A program made the position numbers and the translations under genes. Source: Eledone cirrhosa (taxonomy: Eukaryota). From it: 64,000 nucleotides of DNA. Below, piece after piece: positions 26,232-39,535 of the stretch (position 1 is its first letter; each line of letters begins with the position of its first letter). The notes below the pieces were generated by a model. It was not told where the DNA came from. It did not search any database and saw only the letters and a list, made by a program, of their open reading frames with translations. The stretch covers positions 13,516,001 to 13,580,000 of the forward strand of contig OZ024743.1 of NCBI GenBank assembly GCA_964016885.1. Reading direction: 5' to 3'.

Positions 26232-26272
<41 letters not shown>

Positions 26273-26273
<1 letters not shown>

Positions 26274-26835
26274 AAAAAGAAATAGGATTTCTCTTCAAGC
26301 ATAGCTTTATACAATATGTATAAATATTTCGTATCTCCAAGGAAATACGGTTTTAGGAAGCCGTAGCTATGCAAACACCGGAGGCTAACGCCCTCTGGTG
26401 ATGTCCAGCAGAAGCAAGTGGGACAACCATCTATGCATTTCAGGCTTAACTGGCCTTTGTCAGGACGGTCCTTCCCACCGTTTGCGACTGCTGGACAAGA
26501 AGACAGGTGAGACAATATAGTTTTCTCGTCTGTGTAAATGAGGTGATTAATCTCATTTGCATATGAAGCTGCATAAGTTGGCTCAACTTATAATAAAAAA
26601 GAAATAGGATTTCGCTTCAAGCATAGCTTTATACAATATGTATAAACATTTCGTATCTCCAAGGAAATACGGTTTTAGGAAGCCGTAGCTATGCAAACAC
26701 CGGGGGGCTAACGCCCTCTGGTGATGTCCAGCAGAAGCAAGGGGGACAACCATCTATGTATTTGAGGCTTGGAGATGCGAAATTTTTATACATATTGTAT
26801 AAAGCTATGCTTGAAGTGAAATCCTATATCTTTTA
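26273..26835 (-). mobile_element. Retrozyme-like element: ~322-bp highly structured monomer, about 1.5 tandem units plus a short inverted tail (26768-26835), in (TA)n
   Basis: GAAATAGGATTT at 26279 and 26601. HHR at 26426-26469, several hairpins, no ORF. Confidence 0.75.
26426..26469 (-). ncRNA. Type-I hammerhead ribozyme with G8A core substitution (family G)
   Basis: ACCGTC-CTGACAA-AGGC(CAGTTAA)GCCT-GAAA-TGCA-TA-GATGGT, with a distal stem GTCCAGCAG/CTGCTGGAC. Confidence 0.7.
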
Positions 26836-27317
26836 TATATATATATGTGTTCCTACATGTAAAACATACACATAGGGATAGAAGTATTGTCCAACAGTAT
26901 GCCAGTGTAATTCAATGGCAAGTTAATGAATTAACATGTCAGAACATATAAAATCAAAGTTTATCAAATAGAGAAAAGGTTTTAAAGTAAATTTCAAAAA
27001 ATTCACTGTACTTACTATATGTGCCTTACCGCGGTTTCCGAGCCCAAAATAAATAGATAATATAAACGGATTTCCATTGAGAAAGAGATCATCGTCAAAA
27101 GGCTTTTCTCACTCAGAGAATATAAAATTCTCGAGTTCAAATCACAAACTGGCGCCACAAAACTGTTCCCGAATGAGAGAAGAAACAATTTTGTCTAGTG
27201 CCGTGTGCAAAGAGAGAAAGCAAGGCGGACTGGTCAATGTCCTGCTACTAAAAATTAGTAGCCGGTCCAGCAAAAATTGCTCTGTATAAATCGCAGTGTA
27301 TAATCAGTTCCTAATTA

Positions 27318-27855
27318 TTACTGGAATTCTATAAGAACCAACATTTATAATTTTCAACAGGCAAAGGCGAGTGCTAAGCTCTGATGATTACCAACAGTAT
27401 GAAACAGAGATCTGTCAGCTTATCTCCCTTTGTTTGTTGAAAAAAGAAGTAAGTGACATAGTCACTACTTTAACATAATAGCGCAAGGTCTTCAAAATGC
27501 TTTTAATTAAGCATACAGTATATTGCCAAATATACTATATATAATACATTCATGAATACATCGCTATTTCAGAGCACAAATTCTAATTTTCAATTTTTGC
27601 TGGACCGGCGATCGCACTACTAGAATTCTATAAGAATCCAACATTTATAATTTTCACCAGGCAAAGGCGAATGCTAAGCTCTGATGATTACCAACAGTAT
27701 GAAACAGAGATCGGTCAGCGTATCACCCTTTATTTGTTGAAAAAAGAAGTAAGTGACATAGTCACTACTTTAAAAACAATAGCGCAAGGTCTTCAAAATA
27801 CTTTTTTCAATTAAGCATACAGTATATTGCCAAATATACTATATATACATTCATA
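27318..27855 (+). mobile_element. Tandem pair of ~300-bp units, each with an HHR (family H: 27375-27422 and 27675-27722)
   Basis: TAAGCT-CTGATGA-TTAC(CAACA)GTAT-GAAACAGA(GA)TCTGTC-AGCTTA. The two cores are exactly 300 bp apart. The second copy has stem mismatches. Confidence 0.8.
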
Positions 27856-28702
27856 TATATATAACGAAGGAAGTATGGTAAGGAACCAGGTGGACCATAA
27901 CGTACCATAGTACTCAATAGTTAGGGTCTTAGAGTGGGTAATAGAAAAAGTTCAAGACCCCGACAGCAGAGCTCAAGTCGTTTCGACGGATATTTCTGGA
28001 CTAAGTTACATTTTTAACGTGATAATAAATAGTCGAACATTTCAAGGGGTAATTCCTTATATGGCAAGATTGTAGTTGTCAAAAGGATTGGTCAAAATTT
28101 CTTGTAAACACAATCAAATCTTTCATGGTGGTGGATGAACTTGCCTGTAGAACAATGAGGGAGTGGGTGGAGCTAGTCAAGCGATGAAAGTGAATTCTAT
28201 ACAGCAAATTCTAAGGAGTGTGGAAGAAATTAGGCTAGCTAGAAAGCAGGCGAAAATAGAATTCTGGAGGAATCTGAGAGTGGGAAGTTATAAAATTAAA
28301 AAGTTAATAAATTGAAATTAAAAAGTAAATAATATTAAATAAAAGTAATAATAATATTAAAAAAATAAATAATGAAAAAAAACAAAAAATAGAGTCTAAA
28401 ACAACTGCTATATTTTCAGCTGGTATTGCGCTTTCAGCCAATGCTATATATAATTTACTGGGGTGGAGGTTACTGAGGCTACAAAAGCCCGATGGGCTGC
28501 CTCATGGTAAGCGAAAGAGGAAAGAGGAAAAGGAAGAGGAGAACGAGTGGAAAGAAGTGAGAAGAGATAAAGGGCTTGAGCTCAGCCGTCGGGGTCCTAC
28601 TCGTTCCTATATATATACTATATATACATATATATTTAGGATGAAGTTGTATTTTACTTGAAGCATTTTGTTTGGTATATAAAATTTGAAGTTTGAAAGT
28701 CA

Positions 28703-28749
<47 letters not shown>

Positions 28750-28750
<1 letters not shown>

Positions 28751-29100
28751 GATATTAAATAAATGGAAACTATATTTATAAAACCATATTTATTTCATTA
28801 TATATATTTCAGGGATATCATATTAACAATATGTTATGCCTTCTTCAGACAAAATACAATATAGACAGTTTTATAGATAAATAGATTTGACATACCGTTC
28901 AAAATTGTATTTTGTCTGAAGAAGGCATAACATATTGTTAATATGATATCCCTGAAATATATATAATGAAATAAATATGGTTTTATAAATATAGTTTCCA
29001 TTTATTTAATATCGTAAATATACTCCAAATACCTGTTGAGTGCTTTTATATCAGTTAAAAATATTTACTAGTTGTAACCCAACAATTTAAATATAACTTT

Positions 29101-29103
<3 letters not shown>
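28750..29103. mobile_element. Fold-back PLE-type element with HHRs (family I) at 28793-28854 (-) and 28910-28971 (+)
   Basis: Inverted arms of about 110 bp. Motif TTTTGT-CTGAAGA-AGGCATAACATATT..AATATGATATCCCT-GAAA-TATATA-TA-ATGAAA. The post-HHR tail is shared with family C. Confidence 0.8.
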
Positions 29104-29162
<59 letters not shown>

Positions 29163-29169
29163 GCACACA

Positions 29170-29216
<47 letters not shown>

Positions 29217-29229
29217 AATATACATATAT

Positions 29230-29295
<66 letters not shown>

Positions 29296-29298
<3 letters not shown>

Positions 29299-29680
29299 GG
29301 AGGTGATTTTTATTGTAGTACAATAAAGCAATGCAGATATCGGATAAGAAGCACTCTACAGTTTGTAGGACTGGAGTATACATAATATATAAGATCAAAA
29401 GATGGTTAAATGAGTTCCATGTATTTTATTATGCGCATTTCAAAAACAAATATCATCATGCAATAACATTTGTGTTTTCATCAGATAAAATAGGAGGACA
29501 TGATATGAAGGTTAAAAATCACTTGTGGATAGTGCAGTTTTAAATCCACAAGTGTTTTTTAACCTTCATATCATGTCCTCCTATTTTATCTGATGAAAAC
29601 ACAAATGTTATTGCATGATGATATTTGTTTTTGAAATGCGCATAATAAAATACATGGAACTCATTTAACCATCTGTTGAT

Positions 29681-29685
<5 letters not shown>
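29296..29685. mobile_element. Second family A fold-back element, with HHRs at 29424-29490 (-) and 29584-29650 (+)
   Basis: Near-identical to 10692-10940 and 12399-12540, but it folds back earlier (loop at about 29531-29543). Confidence 0.85.
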
Positions 29686-29725
<40 letters not shown>

Positions 29726-29861
29726 CGAAGGAGGTGTGGTAAGGAACCAGAGGGACATAACAATACTTAGGGTAGTAGAATGGGTAATAGGAAAATGTTT
29801 AACCCCTGGGGTTAAACATTTTTCTGTATGTGTATATACACACACACACACACACACACAT

Positions 29862-29909
<48 letters not shown>

Positions 29910-31337
29910 GTATATATTCTGGTCGACGAGTTGAATGTTCTTGAAGAACAACGTCTCTTGGTTTGGCGAAATATATCATTCAGTGTCTTTGAGATAACTT
30001 GAAGTTAGCTGTTATATTGTATTGGTCCATTATTTAGTAGTTAACTCACATATGGCGCTAAAATGTCCTAAAAGTGTTTAATACAACACCTGTGCGATTT
30101 TGTTTTGTGTGAATATATTAATAAATCACCTTAATATCAAAAATACTGAAAATATGCTTGCTCACATGCTCTCTGCATATATTTGTTAGATAATTATTCT
30201 CTAGAGATAATATAATTTATTACGTCCGGTGAATAATGAAAAAATTACCCCTCTGTGGTATACAAAATCCGAAGCTGAGCAAAGCCTTATATGGACATTG
30301 ACAAAATTAGTACCAGAGATCTACAATTGTTTAGAGAACTACCTACACACAAGTAAAACTATTGGCAATTTGGAGTGTGGAATCATGTTCTTGAACAAGT
30401 TATAAATAATATTGTCAAATCTAGATGTTATAGATAGCATTATCTGAGAAAGTAAAGAAAATATGTAGCAATAATATGATGGATATAGTTAGTCGTCAGT
30501 TTGTAAATTCCAATATTTCAATATGCTTCGGATTTATTGCCTTTTTATGCATGTTGATTTTATTTGGACTAGAAACCCGATTTCGTAAACGGGAGATATA
30601 CTGGAATATATATTGATTATACTTTTATATTGACAGTTATTTTATTGATTTCCTATGGCTTGTAATTCTCAGATATGATACCCGGTAAATACATTACTCG
30701 GTTTTATGTACCATTGTAAACCCCTTCACACACACACACACATCTTACATCAGCAGTATAAGTATTCGATATGTGTGATTTGTCATTTGAAGATACTTTT
30801 CACTGAATGATTTATCACACAATTGCATAGGGCTATCAAAATCTATAAATTATTTCCAATTGAATGAAAGTGAACAGAATTATCAGCCTAAGGAGGAATC
30901 CACCCCCACATAAGAATGTACAGCTCTACAAAAAGTTTTTTGAACCGAAGAAAGAGTAAAACACTTCAGACTGTTAGACGGAATCTCAAACCCCTGCATG
31001 TTTTATTTTACTCTGACGTTATTCCCTTATGTGCAGGCTCATTTTTCTTGGAAAGTCTTACTTTCAGACCTGTGCTAGAATTATACAAGAGCATCCGTAA
31101 GTGATCTCTTAAACAAAGTAAATTGTATGCGATACTGGCCATAGTTGAGTTTGCAAACCGTAAGCCGTCGTAAGAGAATCAAAATTCCGATCACAATAAA
31201 AAATGATATGTATAAAAATGATATATTTACATGCATTATCTCTATACGTAGGTGCATCTCTTTTTCTTTTTCTTTCTCTCTCAACCCCTCTCTTTCTTTC
31301 TCACCCCCCTCTCTCTCTGTATATATATATATATATA

Positions 31338-31518
31338 GTGAAAGAGTGAAGAATAACATGGTGGGCTGTACAAAAAGGGTTTTATTTACAGTGTTAACAA
31401 TTGTTTCATTGATGTCTAAAGGCTGCTGACCACTCGGAATTGCGTCACTCGACATTACAGTGTGTCTCTGATCAAATCATCGGAATACAGCCGACCATGT
31501 TATTCTTCACTCTTTCAT
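31338..31518 (-). mobile_element. Short family E unit with ~35-bp inverted ends and a degenerate HHR
   Basis: TGAAAGAGTGAAGAATAACATGGT.GGCTGTA ... TACAGCC.ACCATGTTATTCTTCACTCTTTCA. The interior is homologous to 24484-24648. Confidence 0.65.
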
Positions 31519-32201
31519 GAGAATTCTCGCAAACTCGCTACCTAACTAAGGAAAACCCTTGTTGAGTAATGGACGCCGTACGTTAAAACTATCCACAGTA
31601 CAGAGTACTCACAACCTCCAGCTGGATTACCTTAAACGATAACCTGTTATCCCATAATATATATATATATACATATATATATTTGTTTTGCAAGGTTTTT
31701 TTTATAAGAAATCGTGTGTCGAAACAAATATTGTTATACTTGGGGAGGGTCATATTGTTATAATATTGCCAGAAATAATAACAGAACATACTCACTGTTT
31801 GGTTTGTGTTGGATTCCGCTTCTGTATTTTTTATATCTCCATAGTTAATTTTTTTTTTTTTAATTATTATTATTTTTATTAGAGAAAAGCAATGAAGAAT
31901 GACATGATGCTGAATGAAAACACACACACACCGACATTTACGATTAGACTTATCTTTTCACACTCACACACACACACTCACACACTTACACCTTCATGCA
32001 TTCTCCCACACACTTACACAGGCATGTATATAAAATAAAAAAAATAAAAAAAAACCTAAACAAACCCCCTTTAAAGGGAGACTACTCTTTATCCACCTAA
32101 TTTTAACTCTTTAATATTAGAGATAGAACAGATACTCTATACTATTTCCTGTCAGCATGGCTTGGCTAGATATTTAGAACGCTGGTTTGAGACCTTTATT
32201 T

Positions 32202-32238
32202 CCCTCTGAAGAAGAGATATTATCTCGAAAATTAAGGA
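32202..32238 (+). ncRNA. Minimal hammerhead ribozyme (family J)
   Basis: CCT-CTGAAGA-AGAGATA(T)TATCTC-GAAA-AT-TA-AGG, followed by AATAAA and a ~160-nt tail ending in (TA)n. Confidence 0.6.
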
Positions 32239-32396
32239 CATTTCAATAAATTCAAGGTAAAGGACGAATTGTCAACAATATCTTTTACAATTGCATTCTG
32301 TTTTCTATGTCCATACCTGCATTGTTTTGGCTTTATTACACATATTGAAACGTTTATACCTCATTACACAATGCTTCAAGTGAACTATAACCTCCT

Positions 32397-32504
<108 letters not shown>

Positions 32505-32524
32505 TTACATAAATATATATATAT

Positions 32525-32590
<66 letters not shown>

Positions 32591-32603
32591 ATATATATAT
32601 ATT

Positions 32604-32656
<53 letters not shown>

Positions 32657-32671
32657 GTATATATATATACA

Positions 32672-32733
<62 letters not shown>

Positions 32734-32946
32734 ATTATTATTAGAAGGTAAGTTTTTTTTACAAAATGACAAAAACCGAGGTGTCCTACACGAGTGAAAG
32801 TATAAGGAAGAAATATGAAATCGAAAAGGGAACTGGAGTCTTTTTAAAAAAAAAAAAAATCTATTTGGTTCCTTTACTGGTCTCGCAGTTCTTGTGTTTT
32901 TCAAAAGTAGAATTGAGATGGAGGATTTGTGGTTTTTCTGACATTT

Positions 32947-33082
<136 letters not shown>

Positions 33083-33084
33083 CT

Positions 33085-33134
<50 letters not shown>

Positions 33135-34283
33135 TATATTATAAAGCTGTGACGGCCGTATGTATGTAACACACCTTTTGCCAAACGGCTGGACCAAACA
33201 GCACCAGATTTGCACCATAGATGTAACTTTTTCCAAGTAAGAAAGTGAGGGTATTTTTGTCTTCTAAATTTTCTTAAAAGATTAAAGATATTTTATCGTT
33301 TATTTAAATATTCACTTCTTTAAAATCTTCAGATGTAAACACTTCCGGTTATACCCACATTCTCCTCTCTTTCTTAGTGTGTCGTTTTAGATAGATACAT
33401 AGTTATAACGTCGCGCCCTTATAATATGTCTCTGTATGTCTGGCTGTTTGCATTAGATACATATCTATAACGTCGCACGGTTATAATATCTGTATGCCTT
33501 CACGAACCAAAGTATCGTCTTCCTGTTTTCCTTCGGTTGCAACGTTTTCGAAATATTTACTTCTGCGTTCACAGGTTGATTTTTTTAAGTCTCAGAAGAT
33601 CCCGTTAAGGGTGAAAGCAGTGAAAGCACATAAACTTTAATCTGTTATTTTAACATATATATATAATTATATATTCGTGTACATATATTTTTGCATACAC
33701 AAATCCAAAATATAAGCAAACCTATTTATTTCACGGCTTATCGTCATTGTTACTGCCGATATGCCACCCCAAAAGTCCCAGCCTGGCCGCAAGATCAGAT
33801 TTTCTAGAAGAAAAACTGTTACTAGAGCAACAGAGAGACTAAGCTTCGCGATTACCATCAACAAAGCTCAGGATCAAACCCTAAAAGTAGCTGACCCTCG
33901 TCTGGGAACACCATGCTTTGGTGAGCTCACCAAACAATCTCTTCATCTTTGCTCCGAGTGTCGAACAAAAGATATTGTATACTCTGAGGCTCTAATAACG
34001 TAATTTATGTATTTTCTGTTACTCTGAATTTCCATTATGGTTGTACCAACTATTGTAGAGTTTGTTAAAAAATGTGTCCTCTGTTCCGCCTTTATTGTTG
34101 TAACTATCAATTTTCTTTAACGTACTTGCTGCTGAACTGCGGAATCCTAAAATTTATTCAAACTCAACATCAGAGCATGTTAACCCCTCCCCTCACTGAC
34201 TGGAGAGGGTGTGCGGTTTCTTTACACTGGAGTGGAGGGGGGGGGGGATTCTGAAAAGATAAAATGCCGGATGGGCCAGCTAG
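33135..34283 (+). mobile_element. Non-autonomous Helitron derivative with a PIF1-helicase C-terminal remnant (33836-34003)
   Basis: RLSFAITINKAQDQTLKVA..L..PCF..RTKDIVYSEAL corresponds to Helitron helicase motif V and the C-terminus. The 3' end is a GC-rich patch followed by CTAG|T. Confidence 0.75.
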
Positions 34284-34998
34284 TATATATATATTTGATT
34301 ACAATTTCTAGAGAAAAGGTTCAGTTGATTCTTATCAATTGCGCGAGAGATACAATACGATACAGACTTGCAACAATATCTAAAGAGTTTATTTTATTGA
34401 AGAAATTTGAGCGAAATTTGATTGCGATTTGATTACAATTTCTAGAGTATAACCATGTAGATGTGTCTTCAATGGCTTGGTAGAATGTGGCTTCATTTGC
34501 TAAGAACATATGGCAGTGCAGAGAACATAAAGTTTACCATCCCCATTAAATATATAAATATATGACTAAAATAGAATATGCAATTACGGCCAGTGAGTAT
34601 GGCACACATATACAGATACTTGAAGTGTAAATATATTTGACATAAAAGAAAACAAACATAACAACGCAAGCATAAATAATTGTGGCTGACCTAAATTGAA
34701 CTAGTAGTAGTATACTAAACCTAGTTTAGAGAGGCACAAAGCGCATAGCTTCAATGTGCTTGTAAACTATTATTAGAAATTCCCAGTGAGACACTGATAA
34801 CGTTTTCATATATATTGAAGGACATTTTTAATACACGGTGAACTGAGGTATGTTGTAGTTTTAATTTCTGTAAATATTATGTTTCTTCATTGTTCTCTAT
34901 GTAATACCAACCAAACAAAGTAGAACAAATTATGTTGACTATATATATATATACACGTTATTCCGGGTTGAATCGGAGGTAACCACTGTAGAATCTCA

Positions 34999-35078
<80 letters not shown>

Positions 35079-35079
<1 letters not shown>

Positions 35080-35281
35080 TTAATATAGAAATGGCTTCGA
35101 TAGGACTAGAACTGTTTCATTCGAAGGAAATCATTTGGACTTCCTGACGATGATTTACTTCGAATGAAACAGTTCTTGTCCTGTAGAAGCCATTTCTATA
35201 TTAAATATTTATACTCTGCTATGTATTGTGTACCTTACTTTCCGTGATTACCCCATATTGAACGCGAGATACCTCCCCCCC

Positions 35282-35283
<2 letters not shown>
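35079..35283 (+). mobile_element. Short fold-back unit in (TA)n with an HHR-like core
   Basis: 35079-35134 is inverted relative to 35149-35205. CTGACGA...GAAACAGTT is present but stems I and II are weak. Confidence 0.5.
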
Positions 35284-35352
<69 letters not shown>

Positions 35353-36295
35353 TTTATATTTATATATATGTATATATTTGTATGCGCACAAGATCAAGTG
35401 AATAAGGGTTTATACGTATGTATGCGTGTCCCAATAAGCGGTAAGCCGTACATTAAGTGTAGGTTCTTGATTTAAACATGTGGTCATTAAGTTCACAGTA
35501 ACTAACATGTGAGAAGTTGTAAAGATTAAGGAGGACTAAATCGGTGTAAGTAACAGATAAAGTGTTTATCCACTCCTTTTATTTTTGCTTAAGTTGTTCC
35601 TTATTAATATTTAACTATAATTATCTTCAAACGTCTAACGTTTCTCCTTATTTTTTATAGTATTATTTATCTTAAATTAGTTTTATCTTTTCATCATTGA
35701 TTAAAAATCCATAAATATCTTTTAATTTCAACTTGTTTCTATATTTCTATATGTCCCAGTATCCACATTGATTATTCTAGTACTGTGTTTCTGCGGAAGA
35801 CAGTGAGGTGGATCAGTAGTATAGAGAGACTAATGATATGGGCTTACATAATCACTAACGATTAGTCACTATACAGATTTATCATGAGATGTCAATCTTC
35901 TGAATCAATGAACAGATTAAGGACTAATCTTTGTCTTTTGTTTTCCTTATTCAATACATACACACACACACATACAGACACACGCACACATACACACACA
36001 TACACAGACACGCACACACACACACACATCTATTTAAATAATATATATTTTTATATGTAGGCATGTTTATGAAATTATGTATATTTGTATATATATAGGC
36101 ATATATATATGTTGTCTTCATTACGTTTATTGAGTAGTGACGCGCGTTTCGCTATTATTCAGCTCAAGGTTCGATCTGTATCGATCTAGCCCGACTCTCG
36201 AATCAAAAGCTCGTCGGACCTCTGTCGTGGTAATGACAGAATATACCTCTTAGGGCGTAGAAAAAGTATATAACGATTCACGGTATATTGATATG

Positions 36296-36344
<49 letters not shown>

Positions 36345-36498
36345 CGCGCACACACACATATATATATATTTATTAAAATAACAGATTAAACTTTAATCTG
36401 TTATTTTAATAAATATTTGCTCTAGGGTTCCTATATAATTGATATATATATTTATCGAGTCCTCTTTGGATGTTAGTCTTCAAATTTATTATTATTAC

Positions 36499-36601
<103 letters not shown>

Positions 36602-36614
36602 GGAATATATATAT

Positions 36615-36678
<64 letters not shown>

Positions 36679-36698
36679 TGGAGGGGTATTGTATGTAT

Positions 36699-36778
<80 letters not shown>

Positions 36779-37446
36779 CTATGTATATAGTTCAAGGAGA
36801 CAGTCAGAGGTACTAAATGTCTTATTAGTTTCACGCTTTATGTTGAGCAAAGAAAGTTCGATGTGTCAGGCTTAAGCCCTTCTTCGGGAGAACAAAATAA
36901 AGACAGCAAAACAAATGAGGAACAGAAAAAAAGTCGGAGTAAAGAGAAAAAAAAATAATGGTAAGCGATGGAATGTTGTGGGAATTACAACAAATCTACC
37001 ACAGAAATATTTAATTTGTTCACACTGTTGAATGCCAGTGCGGAAATTTTCCAATTCTAAAATTAATTGCAATGCTGTAAAAATGTGTAAAATAGAAAAA
37101 TATAGAGAAAAAAGAGAATAATTAACAAAAAAAACCTAGTGTCACATAAGAATGGTGAGGGGAAGGGTGGATGATTGTGCTCTAGGGTGAGTTGGTGGAG
37201 TGGCTGCGCCTCACGGTGGAGTGACTGCGCCCGTGGACAAGACCGCAAAAGCATTCCCGTGGACAATGGCCAGCGAGACTCCCTGCAACAGCCACCCCAC
37301 CTTGCTGGGCTTCCTCCCCAGACTGACCGCCGATGTTCCGATCTTGCGGAGGAGATCGACTGAGTGGGGTCCAAGTACGCCTTAAATATACAACCCAGGC
37401 CACGTATCAATCATGCTATGTCAAAGCATAACTACCTCTCATTATT

Positions 37447-37612
37447 GGTGGATTGGCAGTATCGGTAGAGGGTTGGACACCATACTTTGAGTCATACAGT
37501 TACGGCCCTTGCCATTCTGAGTTCAAATCCAGCTTTTTATCCTTACGCGTTCGATAAAATAAAGTACCAGTAATGCACTGGTGAATTGCTGGCCTTGTGC
37601 CAAAATAGAAAA
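37447..37612 (+). mobile_element. tRNA-derived SINE copy
   Basis: Same family as 2878-3060, with a small internal deletion. Confidence 0.85.
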
Positions 37613-37699
37613 AATTATTTAAAACCAATCTGCTATTATTCTATATGCAAGTTAACTTCATCAGTCAATGTTCATAAGCAAATGTACTATAAGATTCTT

Positions 37700-38185
37700 T
37701 TTCTTCTTCTTCTTCTTCTTCTTCTTCTTCTTCTTCTTCTTCTTCTTCTTCTTCTTCTTCTTCTTCTTCTTCTTCTTCTTCTTCTTCTTCTTCTTCTTCT
37801 CCTTCTTCTTCTTCTTGCCCATTTATTTAGGAGAGGATCATGGGGGAAGAGTCATCAAACACTCCTTCCAGCGAATCCTATCAGAAGCAACCGTTGTCGA
37901 CTAATTCGGCTGGGTCCCCAAGCGATTCTTTCCAGAGACATTCTTGCCACAAGTATATAATATGGGAGCTATGGGCTCTCAATTCGTAGAAGTAGCGGCT
38001 CTACCTGTAGTGACTCCCTATTATCCGAGCTACGCACTCTGTGGAGTAGCGTTACTCCGAGAATATTTCGGAGGAATCCCATTTCGGCAACTTGTATTAG
38101 CGATCGTATTCTTTAGGTTATAACTCAAGATTCATGAACATAGGTAATGGTTGGCACGAATACCGAATTGAAGATTGTGAGTATG
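37700..38185 (-). mobile_element. 5'-truncated RTE LINE with (GAA)n tail
   Basis: Minus strand LTIFNSVFVPTITYVHES*VIT*RIRSLIQVAEMGFLRNILGVTLLHRVRSSDNRESLQVEPLLLRIE is a typical RTE C-terminal region. Ends in a long GAA repeat. Confidence 0.8.
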
Positions 38186-38523
38186 TATTGTTCTGATTAC
38201 CTTTATTATTCGGCAGAGCCAGCCGCAACTCGCTCGCTATTCAAATAAGGCTAGGCAGCCGATGTATACTTAAGCAAATACTATATTTTTTCAACCGCTC
38301 AAGAGATTGTCAGTAAGATATAGAGTCCTGATGATCTGTAATAACATAGAAACATTTTGATTGTTCCTCAACGCCACATGACGATCAGTAACAGCCACGG
38401 CACAGCTTCTAATCGGGCTCGTTTATTTACAAACGAATCGAACATTATTAATGTTTGATATAACCCATACATACATATGTATATGTATATATATATATAT
38501 GTGTGTCTATATATATATGTGTC

Positions 38524-38672
<149 letters not shown>

Positions 38673-38783
38673 TAATTCTAATTGCTGCCGGACCGGCTAC
38701 CGCTCTTTCAAACCAGTTCCTGTACACAGCTAAGTATTCTATAAGTCTCTAGCTGTGTCGTTCTCGATAAAAGCATTGGATAT

Positions 38784-38826
38784 GTAATCCTGATGATTTC
38801 TAATAAGAATGAAACGCGTAGGTTAC
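38784..38826 (+). ncRNA. Minimal type-I hammerhead ribozyme (family K, related to H by its tail)
   Basis: GTAATC-CTGATGA-TTTCT(AATA)AGAAT-GAAACGCGT-A-GGTTAC. Palindromic ACGCGT stem III, distal stem TTCTCGATAAAAGCA/TGCTTTTATCGAGAA. Confidence 0.85.
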
Positions 38827-38948
38827 TTCCCTTGCTTTTATCGAGAATCTCAAATTGCAATACGTGACGTATTCTATTCTATAGCGATTAGGTCTTCAAA
38901 ATGTTTATTATAAACATACAGAATATTTTCGAATATTCTATGTTTGTC

Positions 38949-38980
<32 letters not shown>

Positions 38981-38983
<3 letters not shown>

Positions 38984-39304
38984 AAATGTTCAAGACCACG
39001 ACGGCAGAGCTCAGGCCGTTTCGACGGCTATTTCGGAACTCTGAGCCAGTTCATCCTCACCGATATGAAGGAATTTAACCATAATTGACCCTTCCCCTGA
39101 CAGACAGGAAACAACAATTTTTTAGGATTGTTTGATTTGTTATTGCTGCTTTTTTTTGTTTTGTTTTGACTGCATGCTCATGTATAGACTGTACTCCTTG
39201 ATAAGTTCAGCTAGATACCCACCGCCCTCATACTGCTGGGTTAGTTCGGATCTAGCTGCCGAAACGGCCGGAGCTCTGTCGTCGAATCCCTGACTCTTTT
39301 CCTA
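38981..39304. mobile_element. Fold-back unit of a further TA-inserted family with a degenerate HHR (about 39194-39290). Related ends at about 18316-18365, 27865-28010, 28575-28610 and 29724-29820
   Basis: CAGCTAGAT/ATCTAGCTG stem, then GAAACGGC(CGGAGCTCT)GTCGTC. Core decayed to CTTGATAAG. The GAGCTC.GCCGTCG motif is shared between copies. Confidence 0.55.
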
Positions 39305-39315
39305 TATATATACAC

Positions 39316-39346
<31 letters not shown>

Positions 39347-39535
39347 CATGTGTGTGTGTATGGGTGTGTACGTATGTATACTTACTTTTATGTATCAGCT
39401 GTGTTAGACCGAGAAAGAAAATTCTTATATTTTATATATATGTATATATACATTCATTTATTCTGGTTATTGGTGACCTTTGTTACTCTAAAGTTTCATC
39501 TGCGTACTCACAGGATCACCAGTCTTCTCTAACGT

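Noticed and set aside
34293-34447. 21-bp direct repeat ATTTGATTACAATTTCTAGAG flanking 113 bp
   Set aside because: Could be a TSD or a small duplication, but the enclosed sequence is unrecognisable, so no call is supportable.
38323-38369. HHR-like CTGATGA...GAAAC..GTT
   Set aside because: Stems I and II are mismatched. Counted only as degenerate.
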